From positions 20,336,001 to 20,400,000 of the forward strand of contig NC_135808.1 of NCBI RefSeq assembly GCF_964213995.1: 64,000 nucleotides of DNA, in the 5' to 3' direction. Shown here piece after piece: positions 13,083 to 26,794 of this stretch. Both the position numbers and the translations under genes were made by a program. Position 1 is the stretch's first letter, and every line of letters begins with the position of its first letter. Origin of the DNA: Mustelus asterias (Eukaryota). The notes beneath the pieces are model-generated. The model did no database searches. It was not told the DNA's origin and worked only from the letters and a program-made list of their open reading frames with translations.

Positions 13083-13457
13083 ACTGTGTGAGGCAGCAGT
13101 GCTAACCACTCTGCCACCGTGCTGCCCACACGTTTGAATGGTCCTATCATATATTAAGCTGATCTTTCTCTACACCCTAGCTATGACTGTAACACAACAT
13201 TCTGCACCCTCTCCTTTCCTTCTCCCCTATGTACTCTATGAACAGTATGCTCTGTCTCTATAGCATGTGAGAAACAATAATTTTCACTGTATCTCAATAC
13301 ATGTGACAATAATAAATCAAATCAAATTTCCGGACAGCCTCAGATCATACCGAGTAGGGCTGATTTTCAACTCCCATCAGTTTGAGAGTCAGGTTTTAAC
13401 TATGGCCGCCTGTTTCAGAACTTTCTTGATTTTCGTTCATAGATTTATTTTAGATTC

Positions 13458-14250
13458 TTAGACATGGATAGCACAGGAAGTGACCATTCGGCCCATCATA
13501 TCCACCCCGGTCAACAAAGATCTGACTGCACTAATCCCCTTTCCAGTGCTTGGCCCATAGCCCTGGATGTTACAGCAGTGTAAATGAATATCTAAATACT
13601 TCTTAAATGTAACGAGAGTCTCTGACTCAACCATCCTTTCAGACAGTGAGTTCCAGATTCTCACCACCCTCTGGGTGAAAAGTTTCTCCTCAATCCCCCT
13701 CTTAGCCTTCTACCTTTTACCTTAAATCTGTGTCTCCAGTTATTGACCCATCTACTAATGGAAAAGGTGCCCTCCTATCCATCCTATTTGTCCCTCATGC
13801 TCCTATACACCTCCATCAGCTCCCCTCTCAATCTTCACTTCTCCAAGGAAAACGGCCCCAGCCTATAGAATCTTTCCTCATAGCTCAGACCCTCCAGGCC
13901 AAGCAGTATCCTGGCGAATCTCCTCTGCACTCTCTCCAGTGCAATCACATCCTTCCTATGATGTGGTGACCAGAAATGCACGCAGTGCAACTGTTGTGGC
14001 CGAACTACCATTTTATACAGTTCCAGTATGGCCTTCCTGCCCTTGTACACTATGCCTCGGCGAGTATCGACAAATATCCTATATACTTTCTTAACCACCT
14101 ATCTACCTCCCCTGACAACTTCAGGGATCTGTAGATATGCATTCCAAAATCCCTCTGATCTTCAGTACTCTCCAGGGTCTTAGCATTCACAGTGTAAGTG
14201 TTTACCTTGTTAGCCCTCTCCAATTGCATTATCTCAAATAGTTGAATTCC
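13458..14250 (-). mobile_element. Degenerate CR1 LINE 3' fragment
   Basis: LELYK.VVRPQ...CVHFWSPHHRKDVIALERVQRRF..I..GLEGLSYEERF.RLG.FSLE. Confidence 0.85.
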
Positions 14251-14488
14251 ATTTCCAAAGCATGATTTAACGATGTTGCAATTGTGTCTTTGCCTATATA
14301 TGGCATGTTTATGAACCTACCTCTCCACTCACCGATGAAGGGGCAGCGCTCCGAAAGCTCGCAATTTCAAATAAAACCTGTTGGACTTTAACCTGGTGTT
14401 GTGAGACTTCTTTCTATTTCCAAAGCAAACATAGGAAGCAGGCAGGATATTGTAGGAGAATTGAACCAGATAACGATATTATACTCAC

Positions 14489-14576
14489 TCTGCTGAAATT
14501 GTGAATTCGAATTCCTCGCTTGTTATAAGGTAAAACATTTCAGCTGACTTCACCTCGACCTTGAAGCTGGGGAGAA
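14489..14576 (-). CDS. C4: Complement C4 exon 7 (VLPSFKVEVKSAEMFYLITSEEFEFTISA)
   Basis: AAG/GTGAGT, 88 nt, phases 1->2; VLPxF motif. Confidence 0.92.
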
Positions 14577-15294
14577 CTTTGAAAGATGATTAAGTCAAGT
14601 ATAGTCCCTGAACATAATGGACAATGCAATTCTTGCATTGAGGAGCTGCTAATTTAAGCATTAAACTGCCCAGTCTGCTTACATTCCCTACTTACAATAT
14701 GAACCACAAAACGGCTGAATGTAATTTTAATTTCTGGCGATAATCCAAAATGGACGATAATGGATCATCCATGGGTTATACACACCTCCATCGTTTGCCT
14801 TTCTATTCTGCTCAAGAGAATGTCGAACTGATATCACATATCCCACATTATCACGCAAGCATGGAACTACCCAAAGAATACCTAACATACCCCAAATAGA
14901 TGGTTATATTCTATTATGATATTCATATGATACTATTGACGTTCTTCATTAAGGAATGCACAAATGAATTTGAAATAGACTTGCCTTGGCATTGCAATGG
15001 ACAACATGGCTACTTGAAAAAAAATCTATGGGTGGTTATCCCAACTTCAGTAATATTAAACTTAGAGTCCAATATGCATATTTCTGAGTGCTGATTTCCA
15101 TTGCATTCAATGGGACGGTAAACTAACCAGATCTATAATGGCAGACAGTATGATACCACCCCTTAACAATGCCACCCTGAGTACAAAAGCCTTTGCCATG
15201 GTCTGTGCTCCCCTTCACGTAACAAACAGGGACATCTAGTGTTATGACCTCATCATTGTTTTCATGATGAGACACACATTATCTACACATTTTC

Positions 15295-15670
15295 GCTGAT
15301 GTGGCTGGTTGATGGGTGCGTAGCTGAGTGGATGGATGGATGGAAGGACAGATGGATGGACAGTTGGACAGACTGAAGGATGGATGGATGGGTGAACAGA
15401 TGGATAATTAAATGGATGGACAGTGGATCATCAGATGGACGGTCGGAAGGACAGATGGATGGATGAATGGATGGTCGGATGGACCGAAGNNNNNNNNNNN
15501 NNNNNNNNNNNNNNNNNNNNNNNNNNNNNNNNNNNNNNNNNNNNNNNNNNNNNNNNNNNNNNNNNNNNNNNNNNNNNNNNNNNNNNNNNNNNNNNNNNNN
15601 NNNNNNNNNNNNNNNNNNNNNNNNNNNNNNNNNNNNNNNNNNNNNNNNNNATGGACAGATGGACAGTTGA
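15295..15670. repeat. Degenerate (GATG/GACA)n microsatellite spanning an assembly gap (N 15490-15650)
   Basis: Direct reading. Confidence 0.9.
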
Positions 15671-16164
15671 TGAGCCACCTTCTTGGATCACTGCAGTCCA
15701 CGTGGTGCAGTCGATATTACTGATTGAGATGATGTTCCCCGTTTGTAACCTGGTGACAGTGAAAGAACGGAGGTGTAGTTTCAAGTCAGGATAGTGAGTG
15801 TCTTGGAAGGGACCTCACAGGCAGAAGTGTTCCCATGCATTTGTTGCCCTTGTCACTCTGGATGGTGGAGGTGATGGGTTTGGAAAGTTTGGAAAGGTGA
15901 GTTGTGGTGCGTCTTGTAGATGGTACAGATGGCCAACTGGGTACCTGGAAAGAGCCTTATCAGGGAATATGTGGAGTTTCAAAGTGAAGTTTCGCCTTGT
16001 TTGGATTCACGTTCGTTTGTTTCGCCAGTTGAAAACAAAATGGCAGTGAATCGCACATCAGTTCACATACCGCCTGACCTACATTTCCAATTATTTCAAT
16101 GGCGATTAAAATATGGAGATGGATTGAGACTCTGTGCTGATACCTCACAATGTTTCCCAGTCTG

Positions 16165-16995
16165 TAAACATAGTAACATGGGAATTAGGAGCAAAAGCAG
16201 ACAAATTTAGCCCTTTAAGCCTGCTCCTCCCTTCAATCAGGTCATGGTTGATCTCTCCCTGTCTCAAATCCAGCTCCCTATCTGTTCCCCATATTGCTTT
16301 AACCCATTTATTTTATCAGAAATATATCTATCTCCTTCTTGAAACCATTTAATGATTCAGACTCCATTGCGCTATGGGGCAGTGAGTTCCATAAATTCAC
16401 CATCCTCTGCGAGAAGTAGTTCCTCCTCATCTCAGTTTTAAATCTACTGCCTCTCAATCTATACCCGTGACCTCTTGTTCTAGATTGCCCCACAAGGGCA
16501 TCCATTGGTCTACGTTTACCTTATCACTCCGTTATAGGATTTCAATCAGGTCGTCCCTGATCCTTTTCAACTCCAGCGAGTACAAGCCCAAACTGTTTAA
16601 TCTCTCCTCATGCAGCAATCCCCGGAATCAATGCGCTGAACCTCCTTTGAACTGCCTCCAGTACCACCACATCCTTCCTCAAATAAGGAGACCAAAACTG
16701 GGCATGATACTTCAGATGTGGTCTCACCAACATCCTATCCTGTAACACTACATTCTGCACTCTCTCGTTTCCTTCTCTATGAACAATATGTTTTGTCTAG
16801 CGCACAAGAAATAATACTTTTCTCTATATGTTAATGAATGTGACAATAATAAATCAAATCAAATCAATTGCAACAACACTTCTCTATTTTTATATTCTAG
16901 TCCTTTTACAATAAATGCTAACACCCCATTTGCCTTTTTTTAATCACATGTTGTACCTGCGTACCTACTTTCTGCAATTCATGTCCAGAGACACA
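16165..16995 (-). mobile_element. Degenerate CR1 LINE 3' fragment
   Basis: SRTRGHGYRLRGSRFKTEMRRNYFSQRMVNLWNSLP; related fragments at about 65-320, 10170-10470, 23340-24350, 48925-49310. Confidence 0.82.
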
Positions 16996-17262
16996 TAGAT
17001 AAAAGTTCAATTCATGAACTTTAATCTCCAAGGAAATAAAGTTGAGGTTGTAACGAGACATGGATATAAATAAAAGGGCAACTGTTTTATTGATATTATT
17101 CTCCCCCTTAACTTTATAGACTGTGGATATAAAGTTACTTTGCAACAATGTATTGCCATCAAAAAATGTGATCGTGTAACATGGGTATGAAAAGTGCGAC
17201 TGGAACAATGAAAACTAGTCCATATTTTCCCTGTCTATTTAAGAGTTCTAAAATAATGTTAC

Positions 17263-17345
17263 CGAATTCCTTGACCTCAAACTTCGTTGATACCATGGAC
17301 ATTGGCAATTCGCTAAACTGCGCCTCAATTCTCCAAATTCCGGGC
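17263..17345 (-). CDS. C4: Complement C4 exon 6 (PGIWRIEAQFSELPMSMVSTKFEVKEF)
   Basis: CAG/GTAACA, 83 nt, phases 2->1; GxWxIxA...FEVKE motif. Confidence 0.93.
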
Positions 17346-18004
17346 CTGTTAAGGAAAAGTAAACATTGAAAAATATTCAGTGCTTTCCCCGACTTGATCT
17401 TATAACGGTTACAGATGAATGTTAGGAAAAGTGCAGAAATTCGGCTTAAGTGATGACATTAAATCGACTTATTATATCAGCCACAATTAAACAGGCCCGC
17501 TGATGTCTAGTCCCTTACAAGTTGATGAGAATTATATTTTTAGATGTACGTTCTCTGCTCCTGGCATTCAAGATGCGATTGTCTCAATATTCTACTGATC
17601 AGTTATGAGAATACATATGATAATTAGGCTCAACCAATTCACAGAATCCCTACATTTCACAAAGAGGCCATTCGGCCCAATGGGTCTGCACTGATTCTCC
17701 AAAAGAGCATCCCACCCAGGCCTGCCCCTCGGCCCCATCCCTGTAACTCTGCGCATTTACCATGGCCAATCCACAAAACCACACATCTTTTGACACAGAG
17801 TGGCAATTTAGCACGACCAATCCTCCTAACCTGCACATCTTTGGACCGGTTTGGAGGAAACCGGAGCACCCAGAGGAAGCCCATGGAGACACGGGGAGAA
17901 CGTGCAAACTCCAACCAGACAGTTACCCAAGATCGGATTCGAACCCGTGTCCCTGGCGCTGTGGGGTGCAGTGCTAAACACTGTATAACCGTGCCACCCT
18001 AAAT

Positions 18005-18785
18005 GAAACTAAATTAAACAAACTAAGGGACAAATCAAAGCAGCAGCTCCTTAAACGAATACTGCATCAAACAAAAAAACAAATCACAAAGGAGGCTAAA
18101 AACATTAAACCATAATTTGATTCATGAGATCGATAAAACGCCCCAGTCTCCACGGTGCCTATCAGGCATGGAAGGCCTCGATGGTGCCAGCAGACATTGT
18201 GTACTCCAAGGGACACCCTGCCATGAATGTAGCTATGGGAGATGGGTAGACAGACATCCTTGGTTGCCAGCTGCCTGGATCTGTTGATGGTAAGTTTGGT
18301 CCGGCCCAAGAGCAGCTTTCAGCGCTGGTAATAATGAGCCCATATTTATTTTTACTGTCAAACAAACCTTGTCCTTTAACTTGTCGCTTAAATTAGCGGT
18401 TGCCCAAATGGACAATAAGATTTTTAATTCCCCAAACGGAATTTTCTTAATATGCGGTTCAGGAGGGGGTTCAAGTTCCAACAAGTACATCGCACATGGG
18501 CCAGCATGTCACCAGCACTGACCAAGTGCTTTCCCTGAGCTCTTTAAATCTTCCTCACATGTTCCAATGAGCACACTGCTTCACTTGTGTACTATTTTGA
18601 GTTAAGCCAATTAAACTAAGTTAGACAAACTAAGGGGTAAGTTAAAGGTAACAGTCCCTTAAAGGGACACTGCATCAAACAAAAGCAAATGGCAAAAGAA
18701 GCTTAAATCATTAAAACAAACATTGATTAAATCGGTCGATAAAAATACCCAGACTCCATGGCGGGTATCAGGCATGGAAGGACTT
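18005..18785 (-). mobile_element. Two direct-repeat 3' fragments of a probable Tx1/L1-type LINE
   Basis: 18005-18185 resembles 18610-18785; minus-strand remnant ..SAGTIEAFHA and T-rich 3' region. Confidence 0.45.
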
Positions 18786-19144
18786 AATTTTTATCGGTTT
18801 ACAGTTTTAACAATCTAATGATCGAAATGTTAGTGGTAATATTTTAGTTTGCTGGTAAAATCTGTGGTTGCTGATGTCCAATGAGATTTCCGACCTCATC
18901 CGTGGCTGGGATTGGCCGGTCACGCTGCAGTGAACGCAATTTCGGCTGAGCGTCAAATTCTCCATTCCCGCTGTCCACGAGACTGCAAAATGCTGGCCGT
19001 TGTTTCTGAACTCACTTCTCCAACAACGACCTCTGAGCAGGATAATCACCAGATCTGAAGCATCTTATCATTTTCGTTAAAAACAAAACGTGTTCAGTAA
19101 ATGCATGTGCCGAGTGGAAGTCCCAAAATAATTTCATGACTTAC

Positions 19145-19230
19145 TCTGCGATATCCGGGATCTTTAACTGCCGTTTGAACACTTTACCAGATCGCACGAA
19201 CAAACCGGGGAATTGCACATTTTTGGAATT
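19145..19230 (-). CDS. C4: Complement C4 exon 5 (NSKNVQFPGLFVRSGKVFKRQLKIPDIAE)
   Basis: TAG/GTAAGT, 86 nt, phases 0->2; C4-like IPDIxE ending. Confidence 0.9.
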
Positions 19231-20153
19231 CTAGTAAGGGAATGGAATGTGTTCAATGTGTGAATTCATCTGTGTTGCTTGCATTTGACTCTCCAGTTTG
19301 TATTTGATTACAAGTAAATTACAGAATAATACTCAATAAATCATAAAGTTTTTTTTTTGTTTTAAAAGTTTATTTATTAGTCACAAGGCTTGCATTAACA
19401 CTGCAATGAAGTTGCTGTGAAAATCCCCCAGTCGCCACACGCATGTTCGCGTCAATGCACCTAACCAGCACATCTTTCAGACTGTGGGAGGAAACCGGAG
19501 CACCCGGAGGAAACCCACGCAGACACGGGGAGAATGTGCAAACTCCACACAGACAGTGACCCAAGCCTGGAATCGAACCCAGGTCCCTGGAGCTGTGAAG
19601 CAGTAGTGCTAACCACTGTGTAACCGTGCCGCCCATATTTGGTGAAAGGTGATACATAAATGGAAGTTGTTGTTCTCAATTTCACTGCTCCAATCCATCA
19701 TCCATTAAAATTTATTTATTAATGTCACAAATAGGCTGGCATTAACGCTGCAATGAAGCTACTGTGAAAATCCTGTCGTCGCCACACTCCCGCGCCTGTT
19801 CGGGTATATTGAGGGAGAATTTAGCACCTAACCTGCACGTCTTTCGGACGTGGGAGGAAACTGGAGCACCCGGAGGAAACCCACGCAGGCACGTGGTCTG
19901 CGCAGTAAGTGGTCACGCAATGGTAACGCAGTAACATGGCCAATCAACCTAACCCGCACATCATTGGACTGTGGGAGGAAACAGGAGCACCCGGAGGAAA
20001 CCCACGCAGACACAGGGAGAACGTGCAGTCTCCGCACAGACAGTGACCCAAGCCGGGAATCAAACCCGGATCCCTGACGCTGTGAAGTAGCCACGCCACC
20101 CACTGAGCCATCGTGATCCATTTCTGATAACTCATAATTCCAAAGATACTCAC

Positions 20154-20224
20154 GTATATGGTTACTTCAATATTCGCTGTCACTGGTCTCATATAATGAT
20201 CCAAAGTAAAGATCCTGTATTTCA
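20154..20224 (-). CDS. C4: Complement C4 exon 4 (VKYRIFTLDHYMRPVTANIEVTIY)
   Basis: CAG/GTGAGT, 71 nt, phases 1->0 consistent; resembles C4 VRYRVFALDQKMRP. Confidence 0.93.
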
Positions 20225-21810
20225 CTGCACAAAAAAAGAACGAGAATGGTCACACCATGAGCGATGGTATTGGCTAAACGAGAAACAAACACGGTTTACA
20301 TAAGTGTCATTCAGCTTTTTCAGTCACCATGGGTTTTATAGTATGCCTGGCTGCAAGGTGACGCTTCATAAATGGAATCTACAGGGAAGAAATACGTCTT
20401 GTGCAGTAGCCATATAATGGCGGCATTCATTCTGTCACCAATTGTAACCTGGCTGGATATTCAATCCCATTGATTTGAATAGTACAGAGCAGCAAGCCGG
20501 ACTAATCAACGAGATGCCACTGTTTAGCGTACAAGACATTTATTTTTTAACATCAGTGGGTATAAAATTGAACACAAGCGGAGACGACAAATAAACGGGA
20601 TTGCTTTTGATGCCTGCTATAGCACTCCTTCATTCTCCATTCTATGGAAGTCAATGGAACAGAATATTGAACGGGGAACAATTGCTGCACCATCCATTTT
20701 ACACCCCCTACCTTGTTCCCCATCCCACCCCACCCATGCATGTCCTTATCCAGATGACTCTCTATTTCAGACTAAATCGGTTGTTAAATAAAAGCAATGC
20801 TGAGGGAATTTTAGCACCAATTTGTGATTAAAGTGGACGGGCCTGAAGATGTTATTCTATTCCTCTCTCCACAGTTACTGCCGGGTCCTTTTGTTCTCGC
20901 TCAGGCAGCACAATCAGTACCAGCATCTGCTGCCTATCCCTAATCCAATATAACTGACACCTACAATTGCTTTGAACTGAGAGGCATGCTGGGCCATTTA
21001 ACGATTAATTGCATTGCCGTGAATCGGGAGTCATATGTAGGTCAGATTTTCTTCCCTAAAGGGCATCAGTGGACCAGATGGGTTTTTAAGGACATAGTCA
21101 TTATGACGTTTTTACTTCCAGATTTCATAGAATCATAGAATCCCTACAGTGCAGAAGGAGGCCAATTGGCCAATCGAGTCTGCATTGACCACAATCCCAT
21201 CCAGGTCCTATCCCCATAACTCCACTTATTTACCCTGCTAATCCCCCTGACACTAAGGGGCAATTTACTATGTTTACTTCACTAATTGCTTCATTGAATT
21301 CAAATTTCACTACCCGCCATGTGCTTTTGGAACCCGGTTCCCCAGACTGCATTACTCGCCAGCACCTTCCCTTGCACCATGGGGGATAAAGGTTGCCCAT
21401 TGTAAACTTTTATGCAGCTCTGTGCGGTACGTAACCTGACCTACGTATCACTCCCAATTCACAGCAATGCAGTTGACTATTAAATGGCCCAGCATCCCTC
21501 TCAATTCAAGGCAATTACGTGTGTCAATTATATTTGACCAGGGACGGGCAACAAATGCTGGTCTTGCTTTGTGATATTTTCACTTCAATAAATTGCTAGA
21601 AAATTATACAGGAGTGGAGTTTTCCCCAAGAGCTGTTATACAGCACTGTTGCCAATGGGTTGGATTTTGACTCTGATCTAGCATAAAATGTAGCGAGTGG
21701 GAACCGCATTTTGCACCTCAGCCAATTATTCTTTTGCCCAATTTTCCCAAAGGATGGCCCTGACGCTATTTCAATTCCTTTTAAGTCATGTCCTCTTAAC
21801 TATTGCCCAA

Positions 21811-22132
21811 AGGAGAGGCGATGGTCTAGTGATATTATCCCTGGTCGATTCATCCAGAAACTCAACTGATTATCTGGGGATCCAGGTTCGAATCCTGCCA
21901 TGGCAGGATGATGGAATTTGAATTCAATAAAAAAAATTTGGACTTGAGAATCTACCGATGACCATGAAACCATTGTTGATTGTCGGAAAAAGCCATCTGG
22001 TTCACTAATGTCACTTTAGGGAAGGAAATCTGCCGTCCTTACCCAGTCTGGCCTACATGTAACTCCAGAGCCACAGCAATGTGGTTGACACTCAACTGCC
22101 CTCTAAGGGCGATAAATACTGGCCAGCCAGGG
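21811..22132 (+). mobile_element. Second tRNA-derived SINE family (core AGGGAAGGAAATCTGCCGTCCTTACCCAGTCTGGCCTACATGTGACTCCAGAGCCACAGCAATGTGGTTGAC)
   Basis: B box GGTTCGAATCC; copies at about 328-975, 6115-6270, 23495-23710, 36080-36437, 39440-39717, 46960-47205, 52065-52420, 60430-60670, 63725-64000. Confidence 0.8.
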
Positions 22133-22752
22133 ACACAGTAAGAAGTCTCACAACACCAGGTTAAAGTCCAACAGGTTTATTTGGTAGCAAATGCCACTTG
22201 CTTTCGGAGAGCTGCCCCTTCTTCAGGTAAGTGGGAGTTCAGACACACATGAATGAAAAAAAAAATCTTATCTGTTGAGGCCAAGGTTTTCTCTTTCACC
22301 TATTTCACTAAAATGTTTGCTTTGTTTTGCAATCAAATTTTTTCCCCAGGCAAATATTCATGGCAGAATGGTACTAACCTGGGGATTATCGTCAGTTCAT
22401 CACGAGTTTGGTTGAAGGCAAGTGATCTCAATCTTGGATGAAAGCATAACTAATGGCTGCTACTATAATGATCATAGAATCATGGAATTACTACAGTGCA
22501 GAAGGAGGCCTTTCAGCCCATCAAGTCTCCACCAACTCTTTGACAGACCATCCTATCCTGGCCCTATCCCCGCCTATACCCGGTCATGTAATGTTACCAC
22601 CCAAGACACATGTTTACCAATGTCCTTTCTTGCGTCCAATGTTTGTAACACTTTATTATTGGACCGGCAGAATATTGCCTCTGCTAACCCATTCAGCACC
22701 CAACCTTTGCTCTCATGCTGAAATGTGTGCAGCATTACATGGCAGTACTCAC

Positions 22753-22933
22753 CGGTTTCACTGGGGGTGTATATTGGTTTGTCTGTCTGAATGAATATAT
22801 AGCCCTTCTTTGACGATAGCAACAGTGGGACCAATTTCCTATGTGCGAACAGATCCTGGCATTCAGCAGCAAGATAAATGTGCTTGCTTTTGCGTGACCA
22901 AATGTTGTTTTGCTTGATATGATCAGGAAAAGC
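22753..22933 (-). CDS. C4: Complement C4 exon 3 (AFPDHIKQ...KKGYIFIQTDKPIYTPSET)
   Basis: CAG acceptor, GTGAGT donor, 181 nt; thioester-protein family motif GYIFIQTDKPIYTP. Confidence 0.95.
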
Positions 22934-25356
22934 CTGTGGGATTAGATAGCATGAAGGTCAGCATTACTATATCTAGTTATTTTGCTCATATCACTAATTA
23001 AGTCACGGTGTGGAGATGCCAGCATTGGACTGGGGTGGGCACAGTAAGAAGGCTTACAACACCAGCTTAAAGTCCAACAGGTTTATTTGGAATCATGAGC
23101 TTTCAGAGCACTGCTCCTTCATCAGGTGAGTGGAAAGGTAGGTTTCACAAACACGGCATATATAGACAAAGGCAAGATAATGGTTGGAATGCAAGTCTTT
23201 TCAGGTAATTAAGTCTTTATAGGTATAGAAAATGCAAGTGGAGAGAGGGATAATCGCAGGTTAAAGAGGTGTGAATTGTCTCAAGTCTGGACAGTTAGTA
23301 GGAATTAAGTCACAGTAAGTGCTACATTGCTCACTTTGTTGGGCTAAATGTAAAAGCAGAATATTTTTCAAAAGGCACAGAACTTGTACACTGCGATGCC
23401 CAGATAGATTTGCGAGTACTTGAGCAAGGGACAGAAAAAGTTAACATGTGGGTGCAGCAGGTCATTAAGAAAATAGGTGACATAGTGCATTAATGTCGTT
23501 TAGGGACGGAAATCTGCCACCCTTACCCAGCCTGGCCTACATGTGACTCCAGAGCCACAGCAATGTGGTTGACTGTCAACTGTCCTTTGAAATTGATTAG
23601 CAAGCCACTCAGTGTTTCACGAAAGCAGCTCATCACCACCTTCTCAAGGGCAACCAGGGATGAATAATAAATGTTGGCCCAGCCAGCGACACCCATGTTC
23701 CAAGAATGAATAAAAAAATGTTGGCTTATCATTGAGGGGGATTGGAGTTCAAGAATTGAAAGAAAGTCTTGCTGCTATTATATGGGGCTTTAGTAGGACA
23801 ACATTTGGAGTACAGTGTGAATTTCTAGTCTCCATAGTTAAGGAATGAGACACTTGCATTGGAAGTGTTAGGTTTATTAGGTTGATCCCTGGAATGCGAG
23901 GTTTATGATGAGAGGTAGTGTAAATTGAATGATATTCGCTACCATTTAGAAGAATGAGAGTTGGACCTTACTGAATATTTGAATATAATGAAGGGACTTG
24001 ATCTGGTAGAGTCTGTGTGCTTGTGGTTTTATCACCTGGCCTGAAATCGAGAACAAAGGGGCGGGGTGTAAATGGGGAACGGGGGAATGAAGGGGGTTAC
24101 AACCTTTCAACAAAGGGAAAACCATTCAGGACTGAACTGAGGGCCAGTTTCTTCAATCAAATGGCTGTGAATATTTGAAGTTCTCCACCTAAGAGGGTTG
24201 GAGCTGCACCATCATGAAATGCATCTAAGGCTGAGATAGGCAGATATTGAGGCTCTCAGAGAATCATGGAGTTATATAGATTGAAGGGGAAAGTCGAGAA
24301 TGGCTGAATATGCTTGAACTTCTCCTGCTCAGTTTCTTACGTTCTTACGTTTTTATCACAAGTGCGTTCTGGTGTGGCCAAGCCACAAATACCGGACTAC
24401 CAGAATCCGCATAAAATATAGTCTACCTAGATTTGGAATATTATCTTTACATCTGTGCCATCCTGAATACAAAAGAATAAGTTTTTTTAAATTCATTCAT
24501 GGGACTTGGGCATCGCTGGCTGACCAGCATTTATTGCCCATCCCTAGTTGCCCTTGAGAGGGTGGTGATGAGCTGTCATCTTGAATTGCTGCAGTCAATG
24601 TTCTGTGGGTTGACCCACAATGCCGTTAGGGAGGGAATTCTGGGATTTTGACTCAGCGGCTGTGAAGAAACGGCGGTATATTTCCAAGTCAGAATGGTGA
24701 GTGGCTTAGAGAGGAACCTGCAGGTGGTGGTGTTCCCATTTATCTGCTGTCCTTGACCTTCCAGATGGAAGTGGTCATGGGTTTGGAAGGTGCTGCCTAA
24801 GGAACTTTGATGAATTGCTGCCGTGCATCATGTAGATAGTACACACTGCTGCTATTGAACGTCGGTGCTGGAGGGATTGAGTGTTTGTCGATGTGGTGCC
24901 AATCAAGTGGGGCTGCTTTGTCCTGGATTGTTTCAAGCTTCTTGAGTGTTGTTGGAGCTGCACCATCCAGGCAAGTGAGGACTATTCCATCACACTGCTG
25001 ACTTGTGCCTTTTAGATGGCGGATAGGCTTTTGGGAGTCAAGAGGTTAGTTACTCGCCACAGTATTCCTAGCCTCTGACCTGCTCTTGTAGTTACTGTGT
25101 TTGAGTGGTGATCAAAGTAATCAAAGCAATGTGGGTTGCAAACCAGTCCGTCGCACATATTAGTCAATATGAACTTGAAATTGCGACATGAAACTTCGCG
25201 GATTTGGCCAGAAAAAGGAAAAGAACAAGTAAATGATTGCCTAAGTAATATGGTAATAGTGTCATTCTCGGACTTTGCAATGCATCACTAAAATAATGAA
25301 ATGCCAGGTTTATTTTCACTTCACTGTAAGGTATGCGTCACGGTGGTAATACTTAC

Positions 25357-25549
25357 AATTATATCGTTAATTTGATGGTAACCGTTCTCTGCTGTTAGTC
25401 TAAAATCAATATCGTTCGAATACTTTGTTGACGTGATCAGATCGATTAGATACACTCTAACATTGATATCTTTTTCTATTCCTTCCACTTGAATGGCGAC
25501 GCTCTCCTTCACCCCAACGTGAATGATGTTGGGGGCACTAATTAAGTAG
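25357..25549 (-). CDS. C4: Complement C4 exon 2 (SYLISAPNIIHVGVKESVAIQVEG...QINDII)
   Basis: Pyrimidine-rich AG acceptor, GTAAGT donor, 193 nt; MG1 N-terminus of the C3/C4/C5 family with C4-type HVGVKE. Confidence 0.92.
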
Positions 25550-25804
25550 CTATTGGGGAGAGGGAAAGTCAAACAATGTTTCAATCAATGTTTCAACATG
25601 GAAGTCATCACTGAAAAGCAATGTATGCACACACACACACACACACACACACAAGCTTGGCGGTCAAATGGCCGGGAATTTGTGGGACAATGTCAGGTCT
25701 CTCCGCCATTGCTGTTGTTATGACGTGAAAATGATTTTTCCCTCTGCTCGATTTTGGAAGCCCATAAAGGGATATACCACACCTCATAATCTTGTACGAG
25801 TATG

Positions 25805-26794
25805 TATGAGGCAGAACGGAGTTGTTGGTTTTGGTAAACTAAAGCAGGATCTGACACTCTCTGTCATGAACAATTAATAGGTCTTTATTTTTAAACTGGT
25901 GACAAACTTATTAAAACAATTAACAAACTGAATAAAATTCCCACTAGAACGCTGTTCAAATATTACAAGACTCCTTCAGGAATAATGAAATAAATCATTA
26001 CAGAATTCAGTCACTCTCACTTCATGTACAATGCTGTGGAGATGCTGGCATTGGACTGGGGTGGGCACAGTAAGAAGTCTCACAACACCAGGTTAAAGTC
26101 CAACAGGTTTGTTTAGAATCACGAGCTTTTGGAGCGCTACTACTGCATCAGATGGATTCATCAGGAGACTCACCTGATGAAGGAGCAGCGCTCTGAAAGC
26201 TTGTGATTCCAAGCAAACCTGTTGGATTGTAACCTGGCGTTGTGAGACTTCTTAATGTACAAATAAGCATCTTTTGGAAGTATGACTTTCTCCGGTGATG
26301 CTCATGTCTGGAACACTTTCTGAGTTGGCTTCTGTCTATTTAAATGGTGATTTTATGAAGATATATATGGAACTGCAGGATTTACATGAGAGCCTCACCT
26401 ACACTCCTTCCGATTCAAGAAGTGGCAAGCATACTCTGACAGTTAACCCCCCTTGTCCGGGCTTATATACCTGGAATTACCTCACAGTATTCCTGAAATC
26501 TGAGTTCCGTGAGACTGTCATCAACCCTCACATTTGAATTCTACTGGCTCTGTGTCTCTGCGTGCTGGCTTTAAAATAATTGGTCCAATTCAAAAGTCTG
26601 TTTTGTTTAGGTTGGAACACTGACTGCTCGGCTTTGATACAATGTTGCAAAGGCCTGCTTCTGCAGCCTGCACTCTGCAATTTTAAATCCACTACTCAAG
26701 ACACCTCCTTTTTTTAAAGAGATATTTCTTCTTTTGGGTTTAGCATTTCTTTTCATTATTTACACTTCTCAAACACCACATTTTTAACCTCACA
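25805..26794 (-). mobile_element. Probable old solo LTR in C4 intron 1, itself interrupted by a Penelope fragment (26032-26254, TSD ATGTACAA)
   Basis: Termini TATGAGG...CCTCACA, 4-bp TSD TATG, minus-strand TATA-like GTATATAAG near 26465 and AATAAA near 25885. Confidence 0.5.

Noticed and set aside
15283-15794. ORFs spanning N runs (also 50608-51313)
   Set aside because: Artefacts of assembly gaps and microsatellites.
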